Below, piece after piece: positions 47,401 to 61,716 of a stretch of DNA of 64,000 nt. The notes under the pieces are model-generated. The model saw nothing but the letters and a program-made list of their open reading frames with translations, was not told the origin of the DNA and made no database searches. How positions within the stretch are numbered: the stretch's first letter is position 1; every line of letters begins with the position of its first letter. The DNA lies in assembly GCF_025526975.1 (NCBI RefSeq), contig NW_026515682.1, positions 558,001 through 622,000 of the forward strand, read 5' to 3'. Made by a program: the position numbers and the translations under genes. The stretch comes from Fimicolochytrium jonesii (lineage: Eukaryota).

Positions 47401-49225
47401 GGAATCGACCATGTTTTGTCGACGGGGACTTCATCCTGGGGGATGCGGATCAAGGGCTCGGGGGTTCTGGCGGGTGCTGGGCTCGGGGGTGCTGGAGAGT
47501 TGTCCCAATTCGGAATTCATGGTACTGACAGTCGCAACGGAAACCGACCGAAAGGTTCTTGAAGTCAAGGTTAATGTCGTGGAGGCGGAGCCAGGGGAGA
47601 CCAAGGAGGATTGGAGCATGGGGTGATTTGGTGACATGGAAGACGAGTTCTTCGAAGTGGTTGTCGACCCACATGCCTACTGGTTGGGTGTGATGGGTGA
47701 TTGGCCCAGCAGAGCTGGGTTGACCGTCAACAAGTTCGATCGTCAGTGGACGCTGATGCGGGACTAGGGCGATGCGGTGTTTGCGGGCAAAGTCTCTGTC
47801 GATGAAACAGGACAGGGCACCGTTGTCGATCATGGCTGAGGTGGGTATCAGGGCGCGGCTGTATGATACCATGATGGTAACGGGGTAGTTGAAGGGTTCG
47901 AAGGGACCCAGCGCAACCATGGCGCGTGGGTTAATTTCGGAGTTTTCGACATGGGTGGCGGCTAGGAGGATTTTGTCGGCTATAACGGAGTCGGGAACCA
48001 GGAGGGTGGCCTCTTCCGTTGCAGGAGCTGCGAGGTTCGGAGGCACAGAGGAGTGTGTGTAGTCCAGTCGCTGGGGCTTTACTGCGGCTGGACAAAACTA
48101 TCGAAGTTCTGAAGGCTGTGATCTTGGCGTTAGACTAGGGGCGCCATCCAGGCTTGCGCAGTGCCGGTGAGGTAGGTGCCAATCGTTTGGATCTTGATGA
48201 TGTCGCTGGGGTAGCGGTCCGGCTGGGGAGCAAACATCAACCGGATGTTGTTCAACCACCCACGGAATTTGCTGCGGGTACCATCAAACTTCTCAGGCGA
48301 GCTGCTTCTCGGGTCCAGAGCTCCGGGAGCAGGGTTGGTCACTTGAGGACGGGTGTACGCATCGGCTTGGACCTGGGCAGCAATGTTCTGGGCGGCTTGT
48401 GCGTCGGCTTGGGCTTGTGCTAGGTTGGCCTGCAAGTTGGCGTTTTGGCTTTGCAAGGCGGCGATGGCTTGGCACATATCATTCCATTGCTCGGCGGTGA
48501 AAGGTACGGATTCGGATTGGGACATGGCAAAAAGGTGTGGCAGATGCAGGGCTGGACGGGTTCTGAACTTCGCAGTGTTGGAGCAGATCAAACTGTTATG
48601 AGCTCGACGACTGAGGCGGAAGCGAAGTAGAGGAGACAAGGCGGGAGCGTTACGCGACAAGAGATTGTATTGGCGAAACAAGAGACAAGGACTAGAACAA
48701 GAGATGAGAAGAACTGGTGTTGATCTGCTGGGGAGGAAGGGAATGGACGAAGAGAGGCCGGCAGATAGGCAACCCAGCAGATCAGAGGACAACAACAACC
48801 AGAGGGGACTGGGGGGAGGGGGCGCCAGCTATGCTCCCTAGCCTAGAGCGAGCGTAGCAGGCGTAGTGAGCAAGCTACAGCTGCTGGTTGTGGAGAAATA
48901 CTGGTGAGGTTGACAAACGGCCGGAGATTGGCTCACAGTTGAGCAGGGTAAAAGAGGAGCGGCGAATGGAGGGTTGGCGAAATGAGAGGGGAGAGGAGGA
49001 GTGGCGATATTGCGGGAGGATTGGCGAAATGAGAGGAGAGAGGAGGAGTGGCGATATTGCGGGAGGATTAGCGAAATGAGAGGAGAGAGGGGGAGTAGCA
49101 TTGACATTGACATTGACACTGACATTGACACTGACATTGACATTGACATTGGCGTTTGACATTGGCGGTTGACATTGGCAGCTGCCAGTAGGTAAGCTTA
49201 TGGTATGGGCGCGTCATCCATAACA
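44412..49225 (-). mobile_element. Family C element C3, internally deleted, chimeric LTRs
   Basis: LTRs 44412-45075 and 48594-49225 (the latter is a divergent variant lacking the TATA box). Same RH-INT deletion as C2, plus a gag deletion at ~48093. Flanks ATGAT and GTATT do not match. Confidence 0.9.
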
Positions 49226-52200
49226 GTATTCAGAATAGGTTCGTCGTCGATTGGGCTGAAACAGTCCCTCATAATCGACGCCGTGATCACTGTTCGAATC
49301 TGAAACAAGACTTTCTTCGGTGTCGGATTCTTCGGATAGCATTGGCATGTCGTCCATAATTGACTGCTGTCGGTAGGTAAACGCTTGTACGTGGTACTCG
49401 ATTGATTGTTTGTAAGCTTCTTCAACGTTGTGTTCTGAATCTCGTTCGTTGTCTGTTGTAACTGCATCGGTCGGTTCTTCAGTGACGTTTCCTTTTGTCA
49501 AATCATATTCTTCGCTGTCCGTTTCTGTCTCATAGTACTGAATCATGTACGGTCGCATTTGTAGGGGCCGTCGGAGTTTGTGTCCGTAAAGCATTTCGAT
49601 GTCTTCGAGGTATTTGGGGTGAACCCAACGTTTTGATGTCTTCAAGTACGTGTCCAGAGGTTGAATCCCATACTTAGCTGGTGCGGCGGGGAATTGAGGG
49701 CTTTTGGCAGATTCTGGGCCGAATATATGACACCATACACTTCCATCATCACAATTCTTCTCTTCTAATCGGGTAATTTGGCGGTAAGGTCTTCCCAAAA
49801 TCAAATAATGACTGAGAGACTCGGAACTGACAAAACAAGCGGTCGAGCAACTGATGGATCCAATAGAAATCTTGACGTCGTAGACGACACCATTAATTCG
49901 ACTGGGTCTTCCATCCATATTCTTCAGTGTCGTATTTGCAGGAATGGTCTCTTCGATTGGGATGTTCAGGGCTTCGAATAAACGTAGCAACATTAGATTC
50001 ACTTCGGCGCCGGAATCCAATAGTGCAACGATCGAGTTTGAGTACTGGTTGATTTTAACGTTCGCATGCGGACTGATTCCACTCAGAGTCGGGGTCTTAT
50101 AATGTTCCGTCGCGATTTGTCGAAACATCATCACTTCTCCTTCATCCATCTCTTCAGACTGAATGTTGTACACATTTTTGAGGTACTGCTGAGGGCGTGC
50201 CGCATGCTGGATGGCGTTCACATTGAACGACATTTCGGCAATTTGTTTGTCACGGGCTTTCTTCTGCTTTTCTCGATCACTTCGTTTCTGGTTTCGTTCT
50301 TCATACTGGTCGATTGGTACACGGTGTTGTTGTAGGTCAGATGCAACGGATTTACGAAACTCGGGACTGAGCGTCATCAGTTCCGGCAAAGTAATGCCAA
50401 TATTGACATTCTTGTAGAGTCTGCGTTTGATTGCGTCAACGGGATGATTGCCTTGGTCTGCAATGTCGAGATGAAACTACAACTTTGGCTGTCTTTGCTT
50501 GGGTTGTTCTTCATCCGTATCGGTCTCAGTATCAGTCTCCATCAGCTTAACAGGTCGATCGTCAATTGATCGGTCTCAAATCGGACGGCGTTTCTTTTTC
50601 TCTCCTGGTTTTAGGATATCCCTTCCAGCAAATCTTTCTCGGACGGCTCGGGTAGGCAATTTTCTCTTTCGGATGGTGTCATCTGCATCTTCCGTATCGG
50701 TTCCAGCTCTGGCCCTGCTTGTCCACTTCGGGGTCGGTTTCTGTCAGCTGGATCAGCAACAGCAGGTTGTTTCGGATCGCGGGCTTGGGCAATAGCCGTA
50801 TCAAAATGAATGGGATCGTCCCAGTTCGTAATGTTCCGCAACATATAGGTCAAATCTTTGGCATGTTCTACAAGATAATCGCGAATTTCCGATGAGCGTT
50901 TGGAGACTTTGCGGGTCTTTTTCTTGTCATCGTTTCGCAGCATAAACGAATTGATTGAATGACTGTAGGATCTCCGATTGGCGGAAGTGTCGCGGTTGCG
51001 GAGTACGGCAGCTTTGGCATCTTCGAAAACTTTCTTGATTCCTCCTCGTCCAATTTTCAAAGGGATTTCTTGTCCAGGTACTCCAATCGTCGTATTGTCA
51101 GGGTACGCAATTCGTCCTTGTCCGTTAATAACTAACTCTCCTCGGTTCTGAACCTTGGAAAAGTCTCTGCAAAATCTGCGCTGGTGTCCTTCCTCATCAC
51201 AATAAACGCATTGCAAGGGTCCAACATTCGCGTTGCCGGTATTTGTTGAGCTACTGCCTTGCAAATCGTTCGCAGGCGGAAGTCAGGTCGCAGGAGTCAA
51301 GCTCTGCTGGATTCGGTTCTGGCTAGTCTGCAACTGTGCCATTTGTTCGGTCATTTCACGTACTGCTTGGTCAAGTTTGCTCTCGGTCTGCAATACTTGT
51401 CCTTGTACAAATTCAGCTGGTCGCTAACAGTCGGGTTGGCAATACCAGGGATCGTAAGAATCGGTTTCTGAACGGTCATAGATCGTACGTTGGAATCGGG
51501 TTGCTTGATAACTGTCGTAAGTCGAGAAAGCGCGGCATCTTCATTGATTGCTTTGGTGAGGGCTTCCATAATTCGGCTAACGGAGGGTAACTGAGTCGGT
51601 CGCAAGTGGGTTCCACGTTCAGCAGCAAGTCGTCGGGCTTGTTCCAGAACTCGTTTGTCGAAGCCGGGTTTGTCTTTCCACGGGGTCAGAAGCAGATTGA
51701 TTTTCTCTTTATCGGTGACGCCATCGATTCTTGAGTATTGATAGGCCATTTCGTTGATAAATTCAGCAACGTTGGCAGTATTCTGTTTGATATGGTCTCG
51801 TCGACTGAGAGCCCATTGTTCGAGGTTGTTGAAGGTATGGTGAGTTTGAAATGGATCAAAGTGCAATATCACTTCTTCAGTAAACGTCGCCCAGGTTGGT
51901 TCTTCTCTCCATCGAGTATATTCGGTTATGTTGAGCAATTGGAAACTAGGCATACTACGAAGCAGCGGTCGAATGCTTGGTTTCAAATACCGGCTGAATG
52001 TCTGCATCCATCGTTTGTGTTTCAATTCCACGATTTGTAGTTCCCGCTGATTAGCAATAGCAGGATCTTGCGGGTTGTACGGACTGCAAAGTGTGGTGTG
52101 CAGAGGGTTTAGGACAATGCTTGGGTACTTGACGTCAGGTTCGTATCCAGCGTCGTTAAGTTGAGCATAGAATAGGTCGATTTTCTCTTGTACATCTCGT

Positions 52201-53080
52201 CCATCGAACTCTATAGCTCCAGGTTGTCCTGTCATAGGTAAACGTTTTGAACTAGCAATTTGAAGTAGTATTGCGAACTGGTCGGCAGTCATAGTAAACA
52301 TCAAGTTATTCGTACCATAGTCGGGAGGCGGGTTGTTTGGGTTCGGGTTGGGATCGGGATTCGGGTCAGAATTCGGGTTATCGGGCGGTGGATTAGCGTC
52401 TGCCATTTTGTCAAGAAAGTTGCTATTACTCAAAGAAAATGCGAAGGTGTCTAAAATAAACAGTCGGAAGTCGCCTCTAGAAACGAGTCGGTCGTCGGAG
52501 TATGAAAAAGCTGACGTCAAAGAGTGGCGCAGCAGAATGCACGTGTGAAAACGCGCATTTGCGTGTCGAAACAAGGGGTAGGCTGTCGAAAAGTCGGGCG
52601 GAGACACGCTGTCAAGCTGTCGAAAAGCGGCTGTTTTTGGTAGATAGCGAGTCAAATAACTAGCGTATCATTTTTTGTCGGTTTTTGTTGTAGAGTAGGT
52701 ACAAAATCTATACGGATAAACGGGTTGAAGGGAACTCTGAGCGATAGAATCTCTTTTTGTCGAAGAAAAGGACTCCCGGTAGGATCGCCTGGTGGTGGCC
52801 AGCAGAAGCGAGGGTCTGTCAAGTACGGGGTTACGGTCGGGTGTCGGGAAAAATAAGCTGCCGGTCTCTCAATAGCACAAGAAGAGATCTCAAGCGAGAG
52901 CGTTGTCTTGCCACCTTAATATCCAGGTGCTTTGAAAGGAGTCCTTCTTCTAATACGGGGTCAGGAATTACGGGCACGGGCACAAAATACGGAATCGGAA
53001 TATCTGCGGGTTTGACTACAAAACAAAACAACGGGGTTATCCAGTCTCACTCTCAGCTCTTCTTACGAACTTCCTGAACT
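49226..53080 (-). mobile_element. Ylt1-like gypsy family G 5' portion (gag, Zn knuckle, protease)
   Basis: gag-like ORF 51351-52655; CVYCDEEGHQRRFC; ELMTLSPEFRK; VALLDSGAEVNLM...ILGRPY. The 5' boundary is uncertain. Confidence 0.75.
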
Positions 53081-53869
53081 GTCAAGTCCTCGGCGACGTC
53101 AGCAAAGTACAAGTCACAACACTCGGGGTCGTCTTGTCTAAGCTCTCCGGGTCTATGAGCGCGCCTTGAAAGTCTATCTGAAACTGAAAGAAGTCGTTGG
53201 GAGTAGAGAAGTAGAAAGGTCTGTTGTTGATCGGGATCTGTGTTCTGCGTATCGTACAGAGGTCTTGGGAAAACAGGCGGGTTTTCATATGGATTTTTCT
53301 AGGCTACGGGATTTTGTCGAAGTCCAAAATCTCTACTAGTCGTCTCTAGAGGATTTAGCTACGTCGGGGTCTTTTTCTCTTTTCCTGCGGCGGTCTACAT
53401 AGTTTTTCCTTTTTCCATTCGCATTTTTGGCGCTGATACAGTCTTATCGCTAATCTTTTCTTGGGGGTTTCTGCAACGTTCAGCGTATACGGCCACCGGA
53501 AATTGGTCTTCTTGTTTTGTAGGTGATTTCGTCAGTGTTTCGGGCGTCGTGGGAGCTTCTGGTTGGTCGAGAGTCGGGTTGGGGGTGCTTTCATGTGTGA
53601 GATCCTCTCCTACGCCTACATTTTTCGCATGTCAGTTGTATCCGAGGACAAAACGTTGTTGTGAAGCAAGGTTTTGGTAAAGGTAGTTGTATTTGGTAAT
53701 CGTCGGAGTGTCGGGAACGCGAGTGTGCCCATCTATTGTCGGAATTTTTGACGGTATTTTAACGTTGTCATATAAAGGTGATTTCTTTCGCTTGTCAAAG
53801 ATTCTAGGCGTATAATTGGCGTCGGAATATTCTCAATTTCAAGCGCAGTTCGAAGCGCAATACTACATC

Positions 53870-56800
53870 GTTGGAACACTGTCGCGGATGTGCTGAGTCG
53901 TAATCCTTATTATGCTCCTCGCTGCGCCAAGCGTAACAAGCGAGTAGAAATCGCTGCGGCCATGGGGATGTGCATTGGGTATATTCTTTAGGGAATGTTA
54001 CGCTTGGAGATTGGGTACAAACCTTGGCGGCTGATGAGTCCTTCGCTTTGCGGAAAGAGGCGTTGTCACAGCCGAAGGAACAACAGTCTACATTCGATCG
54101 CCGTTTTTCGATCGATGAGTATGGGCGTTTACTGTACCACGATAAGTTCTATGTGCCAGCTGCTTTACAAGGGACTGTATTGCAGGCGTACCACGACTTG
54201 TTGCTCACTGGCTCGCATACGGGGGTACAAGGTACATTGGGCAAACTCCTACGTGAGTTTTACTGGCTTGATATGGACGCAGATGTCAGAGGGTACATCA
54301 AGACTTGTGAGTCTCGCCAAAGGTTCAAGTCGCCGAAGAATAAGCGTGTCGGCTTACTTCGTTCGCTCCCAGTTCCCGACCGACGTTGGCACACGATGGG
54401 TTCGGACCCTGTCTCGATGCCAATAACACGGTCGTGGGGGGGGAAGGTGCATAGTGATGCGTTTGACGACAGTATTATTGTCTTCATCAACTATCTGTCA
54501 GGGCGCGCATACTTTGTACCTGCGGCATCCACGATAAGTGCCAAAGAGTTGGCGCATCTTTACTTCCGTGAGGTATGGCGTCATACAGGTACTGTAGCTG
54601 TGATCATCAGAGATCGAGATCCTTGCTACCTGGCAGACTTCTGGAAGGCGTTTCAATCGTTGTTGGGCACTAAGCAGAGCTTGAGCACGGCACGACACCA
54701 ACAGACGGACGGAAAGGTCAAACGGTGTATCTCTATCTTGAGAAAGATGTTTAAACCGTACCTTAATGTAACGGGAGACCATTGGGTCGACAAACTGCCA
54801 ATGTTGGAGTTTGCCTACAACCGTACGCAGAACAGCACCGGATACTGCCCTTTCGAGGTTGATTTGGGTAGAATTCCGCAGGCGCCGATGCATTGGCAAG
54901 TTGACGCAAAGGTGTTGGAACGTATGGACGATACGTCGATCCCATTCTTGCATAAGTCATGACATGAGATCATTAAACAGATGGAGAAGCGTGCTGAGGC
55001 ATACCGATCCATTGAACTCATAGTGCAGCAGAAACTGCGGGAGAGCAGGACAAACAAGCAAAGTATCACGATCGTGGACGTCGTGTACAGAGCTTTAGTC
55101 CAGGAGATAAAGTCCTGTTGAACAGCGACGGGATAACGATCCCTGCTTTCAATAAGAAGCCACCCAAGTTTAGACAGAGCTGGCTAGGACCCTTCATCGT
55201 GAAGAAGGAAGGACCACACCCGGAAACATACGAGTTAGAGCTGCCAGCTTTGATGGGCGCTTTCTACCCAGTCTTCCATACGGATATCTTGAAGCCTTGG
55301 CACGAGCCGACTTCAGATCCGCTGCGCATCGACGATGTAGAGGACTCTAACTGTTATGAATGGGCGGAGCCGATGGAAATAGAGGCGACTTGTGGTGCAG
55401 GTTGTTGACAGGTAATGATATTCAGACCGAAACAAGAACTAGAACAAGACTAGGAAGAACTGGTGTTGATCTGCTGGGGGATCAGGAAGTGGGGAGCTCA
55501 GGGGAGGCGACTATTTATGTTTTTCTGGGAAGGCTGGGGAAGCGTGGGGAAGCAGAAGGGTACGGAATGAGAGGGAAGCCAAGAGAAGCGCCAAGGGTGG
55601 GGAAGCATAGAAACAGAAGACTGGGGATGGGGTGGCTACGCTGAGGCTGTGGGCGGGTACGTGGGGAAGTATGGAGAAGGGTTTGTAAGCGCCGAGTGTT
55701 GGGAGGTGTGGCTACGTGCGGCTGCGTGGAGAAATGAAGGCAGTGGCAGGTGTGGGGTAGCGCGGCTGCGTGCGGCTGCGAGGTTTGGCAGACGTCAGGT
55801 TTTGACAGGGAATTGACATTGACTGACTGTTGGGATGCTGTCATGAGGTAAGCGCATGGTATGGACGCGTCGTCCATAACATCACCCCCTCCTTTAGCCA
55901 CGGCCTCCGGATGTTGTTTTGATGTTGGCAGGCTTTGGTCGGGGTTTGTCGGGGTACTTTTGGTGGAACTGGGCAACAAGCTCTTGACATCGGGCAAGGT
56001 GTTCCACTGGCTCCCATGTGTTCTCCGAGCTTGGCCAACCCTGCCACTTGATGAGGTACTGAAGGTGTGTGCGTCGAATACGGGAGTCAAGAATGTCTTC
56101 CACAATCCATTCCTCCTGTCCTTCGACTTCTTCTGGTGGGGTGGGTTCTGGCTCAGTTCGCTCCGGAATGGTGAAACGTGGTTCAAGAAGGGAGACATGG
56201 AAGACGTTGTGAATTTTGTAGGATGGGGGAAGCTTGAGGCGATATGTGACCGAGTTGATCTTCTCCGTGATTGTGAAGGGGCCAATCTTACGGTGATCAA
56301 GTTTCTGGGAAGGTCGGAGAGTCTTGAGATTCCGCTGTAAGAGCCAGACACTGTCCCCAGGTTTCATGTCTGGGCTAGGTGCCCTCTTAGCATCGGCAAA
56401 GCGCTTCATGCGTCCTTGGGCCTCCTTGAGCTCAGTGGCAAGCTGTTCATGGATTTCCTTGAGATGGTTGGCACGAGCTTCGGCTGCAAGATTAAGGGAT
56501 TCGGTTGTGGTGGCGGAAGCTAGACTGAATCGAGGATGGAACCCATAGTTGGCATAGAAGGGGGTTGTATGGGTGGCGGAGTGGATGGTGTTATTGTAAA
56601 AGAACTCAGCAGAAGACAAGAGTTCCTTCCAGTTATCTTGTTGATAGTTGCAAAAGCAGCGAAGGTATTGCTCAAGAATCTGATTGGTCCGCTCGGTTTG
56701 TCCATCGCTCTGGGGATGGAACGCCGATGAGAGGTTGACCTTGGTTCCCAGGAGAGCGAAGAGACGTTTCCAGAAGTGGGAGTTGAACTGTGGGCCACGG

Positions 56801-59800
56801 TCAGATACAATATCGTCGGGGAGTCCATGGAGCCGGATGACATGGTGCCAGATCAGATCTGCAGTTGACTCAGCGGTGGCAGTTTTCCTGCACGGTACAA
56901 AGTCCGCCATCTTGGTGAACCGGCAGATGACAACGAGCACAGAATCAACCCCATCACTGGCGGGTAGATCCGTGATGAAGTCCATGGAAATTGACCCCCA
57001 GGGGCGGTCAGGGACCTGCAGGGGTTGGAGGAGACCGTAGGGCTTGTGTCTGCTGGTCTTGGCTTGAGCACATACGTCGCAGGACCTGATGTAGGACTTG
57101 ACAAAACGCCACTGGCTAGGCCACCAGTAGTTGCGTGAGATGAGCTCCAGGGTCTTTGACATGCCGTAGTGTCCTGCCAAACGCGTGTCATGCATGTCCC
57201 GGCAGATCTCAGCACGGAGCTTGTTGGTGGGGACGTAGACAAGGTTGTCGTACAGCAGAACCCCATTTTCCTCGGAGAATCGCTTTATCCGTTCTTGGTC
57301 TTCTTGAGATTGCTGGGCAATGGGGGCCCTAAGCTGTCGCCGGATGGTTTGCGCAAACACATCGGATGCCAGGGCAGCTTTGATTTGGTCAAGGAGCGAG
57401 GAGTCCAGTGGGGTCAGATAAGTGGCGGCCAGGCGGAGATGGTCAGGGGTGAGGATCGTGGTTTCCTGGGAGCGGAATGCTTCTTCCCCCTCCCTTAGCT
57501 CGTATTCAGAGCGACGAGAGAGGGCGTCAGCTTGGTGTTGCTGGGTACCAGGACGGTATGTGATGACAAAGTCGAAATCAGCAAAGAAGATTGACCAGCG
57601 GGATTGGCGGCGGTTGAGGGTAAGGGTAGTCATGAAGTACTGGAGGTTCTTGTGGTCACAGTAAACGATGACCTTGTGGCAGGCACCAATGAGGTGGTGT
57701 CGCCATTGAGCAAATGAGTCTTGGATGGCCAGGAGTTCCTTGTCGTAGATCTCATAGTTGATTTCCTCAGGAGTGAATTTGCGGGAGTGAAAGGCCACGG
57801 GATGGAGTTGATCTGTGTCATCGGGTTGAAGGAGGACGGCGCCAAGGGCAAAGTCGGAGGCATCGGATTCAACAATGAAGGGCTTGTCAGGGCCGGGGTG
57901 AGTCAAGATAGGTGCGGAGGTGAAGGCTTTCTTGAGGGTTTCAAAAGCTAGGTGTGCAGCGTGGGTCCATTTGAATGGCAAGTCTTTGCGAGTGAGCGTG
58001 GTCAGGGGTGCAACCATCGCAGAGTACCCTTTGATGAATCGCCGGTAGAAGTTGGCAAAACCAAGGAAGCGCTGGATGCCTTTGACATTCGTCGGGGGTT
58101 CCCATTCGGTAATGGCAGCCGTCTTCTTTGGGTCCATGGAAATGCCTTGCTGGGAGATGATAAACCCCAGGAACTCAACAGAGTCACGGTTGAATTCGCA
58201 TTTTTCCGGTTTCGCATACAGCCAGTGCTGGCGGAGTCGTGAGAGCACCTCTCGGACGTGGTTGGGGTGGTCTTCTGGGTTTTTTGAGAAGATCAGAATG
58301 TCGTCAAGGTAGACCACAACAAAAACGTCGAGAATGTCACGGAATATGTCGTTCATGAGGTGTTGGAATACTCCAGGGGCATTGGTGAGCCCAAACGGCA
58401 TGACATTATACTCGAATAGGCCGTAGCGACATCGGAACGCTGTCTTCCACTCATCCCCTGGCCGGATCCGAAGAAGGTTGTAGGCTCCCGGGAGGTCAAT
58501 CTTGGTGACCCGGCGTGCCCCTCGAAGACGATCCATGATGCTGTTAATCAAGGGCAAGGGATAGCGATTCTTGATGGTGATATTGTTGAGTCCACGATAG
58601 TCGACGCACAGACAGAGGGAACCGTCCTTTTTCTTGACAAAGAGGACTGGGGCACCGGCGGGAGACTTGGAGTGCTTGAAGAACCCCTTAGCTAGGTTCT
58701 CTTCAAGGTAGTCACAGAGTGCCTGCATTTCAGGCTCGCTGAGACTATAGATCGGGCCGAACGGTGGCTGTTTGCCCTCTTCTAAGTCGATGGGACAGTC
58801 GTAGGGTCGGTGCTCTGGGAGGGTATCCGCGTTCTTCTTGGCGAAGACGTCCGCAAAATCTTGGTATTCTTCAGGAATGATGGCCTTCGGATCTTTTGGA
58901 GGAGTGGTCGCCAGGGCTTGGGAATCTGACTTGGTCGGATTGGCGTAGGCAATGAATGCCTGGTCATGCCTTGCCGCCACACGGAAAGCTGGGGCGCTGA
59001 TAAACGATACGTGGATCGGTGTGGGTGCTGGGTCCAGTGTGTTGGGTGTCTGGGCTAGTGAGACTGAAATCTCGTCTTGATGGATACGGATCAGAGGTTC
59101 AGGGGTTTTTGAGGGTTTCGGGCTAGGTTCTGTTGGCAGGGCATCCCAGGAGGCGTATTGTCCAAAACCGCAATGGCAGCGGACGCAAAGAGTGCGAGTC
59201 TTCCAGTGTAGCTCCACATCATGGAGCTCAAACCAGGGAAGCCCCAGGATGATTGGCGCATGCGGGGAACATGTCACATGGAATACCACCTCCTCAAAAT
59301 GGTCGTTGACCCACATACCCAAAGGTTGGGTGTGATGGGTAATGGAGCCCGCATGGCTGGGACGTCCGTCAACCAGTTCAAGCGCAATGGGTCCTCCTTC
59401 TTGACAAGTGGGATGCGGTGCTTGCGGGCATAACTTTCGTCGATGAAGCACGACATCGCACCGGTGTCGAGTAGTGCTGAAAGCTGAACTGGAGCTCGCT
59501 GGGCCGATATCTGCAGGGTAACAGGGTACTCGAATGGTGAGGATGGGCCCAAAGTCCGCATGGGTGAGGGTATCTCAGATAGGAGATTGACATTGTTGGT
59601 GGTCAGGAGAAGGGTGTTGCTGGAGATGCCAGGATCGGAGCAAGGTTTTGTGGCTTCTCCCTTGGCAGTACTTGCGTGGTGAGAAGGCCCAGGACAGGTA
59701 TTGCCCAGCTGCTCGGCCTTTACTGCAGCTGGACTTGGGCAAAATCCTGGATGGGTGCAGGTTCCTTAACCGCGACATTCGCCGTGCGTATCTTGTTCGG

Positions 59801-61301
59801 GCAGAGTTTGGCTATGTGGCCAGGTTTACCACAATAGAGGCAAAGTTTGTTTGTGATGCGGTGTTGGCGCTCTAGCGGTGTGAGGGGTCCTCACGGACGA
59901 GCAGCGTCAATGATCATAGGGTCGTCTGGGCGGTTGTCGGGGCCCATGAGGGTGGGGCTAGTGGTAACTGGCACATAGGGCTGTCGGTTCCTGCTTCGCT
60001 CTAGACGGTGCTCAAACAATCGGTTGTCACATTGGATGGCCTGTTCCATCACGGTGTCGATTGAGGCGGTAGGGGGCATCGTGAGCATTAAGTCCTTGAC
60101 GTCTTCTTTGAGGCCGCGACGGAAGGTGGCAATCAATGCCTGGTCATTCCACGACACATCGCATTGCAGCTGTCGGAATTCAGCTACATACTCTGTTGCT
60201 GCACGGGTTTGTCGAAGGTTCTGGAGCTTGTTTTCGGACGTGCGGATTCTGTCGCTGTCTCCAAAGACTGCTTGCATTTGCTGGATGAAATCATCCAGGT
60301 TCGTAAGGGAATGATGGTCTTGTTCGACAAGGGGCGCCAGCCAGGCCTGGGCGGTGCCAGTGAGGTAGGTGCCAATAGTTTGTATCTTGGTCTGATCGTT
60401 GGGGTAGCGCCTGGGTTGGAGGGCGAACATGAGCCGGATTTGGTTGAGGAACCCACGGAACTTGCTTCGGGTGCCATCAAATTTGTCTGGGAGACTGATT
60501 TTGGGTTCGGGGGCGTGGGTGGCAGGGGCAGTGGTCTGGGTTTGCGCTAGTTCGGCTTGTAGGGTGGTATTCTGCGCTCGAAGTTCGTCAATCGCATTGC
60601 ACATGGCTTGCCAGGCTTCGGCCGTGAGGGGAAGGGCGTCGGACATGGTGATTTGGCGTGGAGGCACAGCGGCTGAGGGTTGTTGAGCAGATCAAACTGC
60701 TAAGAATGGGCGGAGCCGACGGAAATAGAGGCGACTTGTGGTGCAGGTTGTTGACAGGTAATGGTGTTCAGACCGAAACAAGAACTAGAACAAGACTAGG
60801 AGGAACTGGTGTTGATCTGCTGGGGGATCAGGAAGTGGGGAGCTCAGGGGAGGCGGCTATTTATGTTTTTCTGGGAAGCCTGAGGAAGCGTGGGGAAGCA
60901 GAAGGGTACGGAATGAGAGGGAAGCCAAGAGAAGCGCCAAGGGTGGGGAAGCATAGAAACAGAAGACTGGGGATGGGGTGGCTACGCTGAGGCTGTGGGC
61001 GGGTACGTGGGGAAGTATGGAGAAGGGTTTGTAAGCGCCGAGTGTTGGGAGGTGTGGCTACGTGCGGCTGCGTGGAGAAATGAAGGCAGTGGCAGCTGTG
61101 GGGTAGCGCGGCTGCATGCGGCTGCGAGGTTCGGCAGATGTCAGGTTTTGACAGGGAATTGACATTGACTGACTGTTGGGATGCTGTCATGAGGTAAGCG
61201 CATGGTATGGACGCGTCGTCCATAACACTAACCCAGGGCCCGTCCAGGTCGAAGGCGAGGAAGAATACTATGTCGATAAGATTATCGGATGTAGGTTGGT
61301 C
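53870..61301 (+). mobile_element. Gypsy family D integrase/chromodomain remnant, split by element E
   Basis: ADVLSR, HTG...C, HQQTDGKVKR, WLGPFIV; the sequence resumes after 61232 with EEYYVDKII. Confidence 0.85.
55352..61227 (-). mobile_element. Complete Ty3/gypsy chromovirus E
   Basis: 530-bp LTRs at 55352-55881 and 60698-61227; TSD CTAAC on both sides. gag 60667-59891 (premature TGA); protease LLDTGA; 1185-aa ORF with RT (VYLDD), RH, INT and chromodomain (EWIVEDILDSR...YLIKWQGWPSSENTWEP); one frameshift at ~59395. Confidence 0.96.
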
Positions 61302-61716
61302 TTATAGGGGTAGGGTTGGTCTAAGACACCTTCATATTCTACTCTGCTTGAGCTTGCTGGGCAGGTTCGCGTTGTAGAATCTGGGGGGGGTGTAATGTGG
61401 AGTGTCCAGTCTTATTGGAGAACGACACGTCGCGTCTGTTAGAGAGGCTTGGGGAAAAACACCTGTATGTGATGGGAATAGACAGGTATTTCCTGGCCTA
61501 CGGCGGGTCTCGACAGTGTTCTCCAATTGACTCCGACCTCACGGGTACTTTAACAGTGCTCGTCGCGAGTTCCTATGCACAACAAGTAGTTCTTTTACTA
61601 CATATCGCATAGCAGAGCCGACGAACACCCAGTCCGTCTACAATACCTTACAGCAAAGTAGTTATTGTATACGAACATCAGTTAAACAACCCGTGTGGAA
61701 GGTAGTCCACATCACA

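Noticed and set aside
53081..53869. T-rich segment, possibly the family G LTR or UTR
   Set aside because: No second copy or clear PBS to define boundaries.
61327..61716. Possible LTR fragment of another family (ends ...CATCACA)
   Set aside because: No partner LTR, TSD or PBS in the window; cannot be supported.
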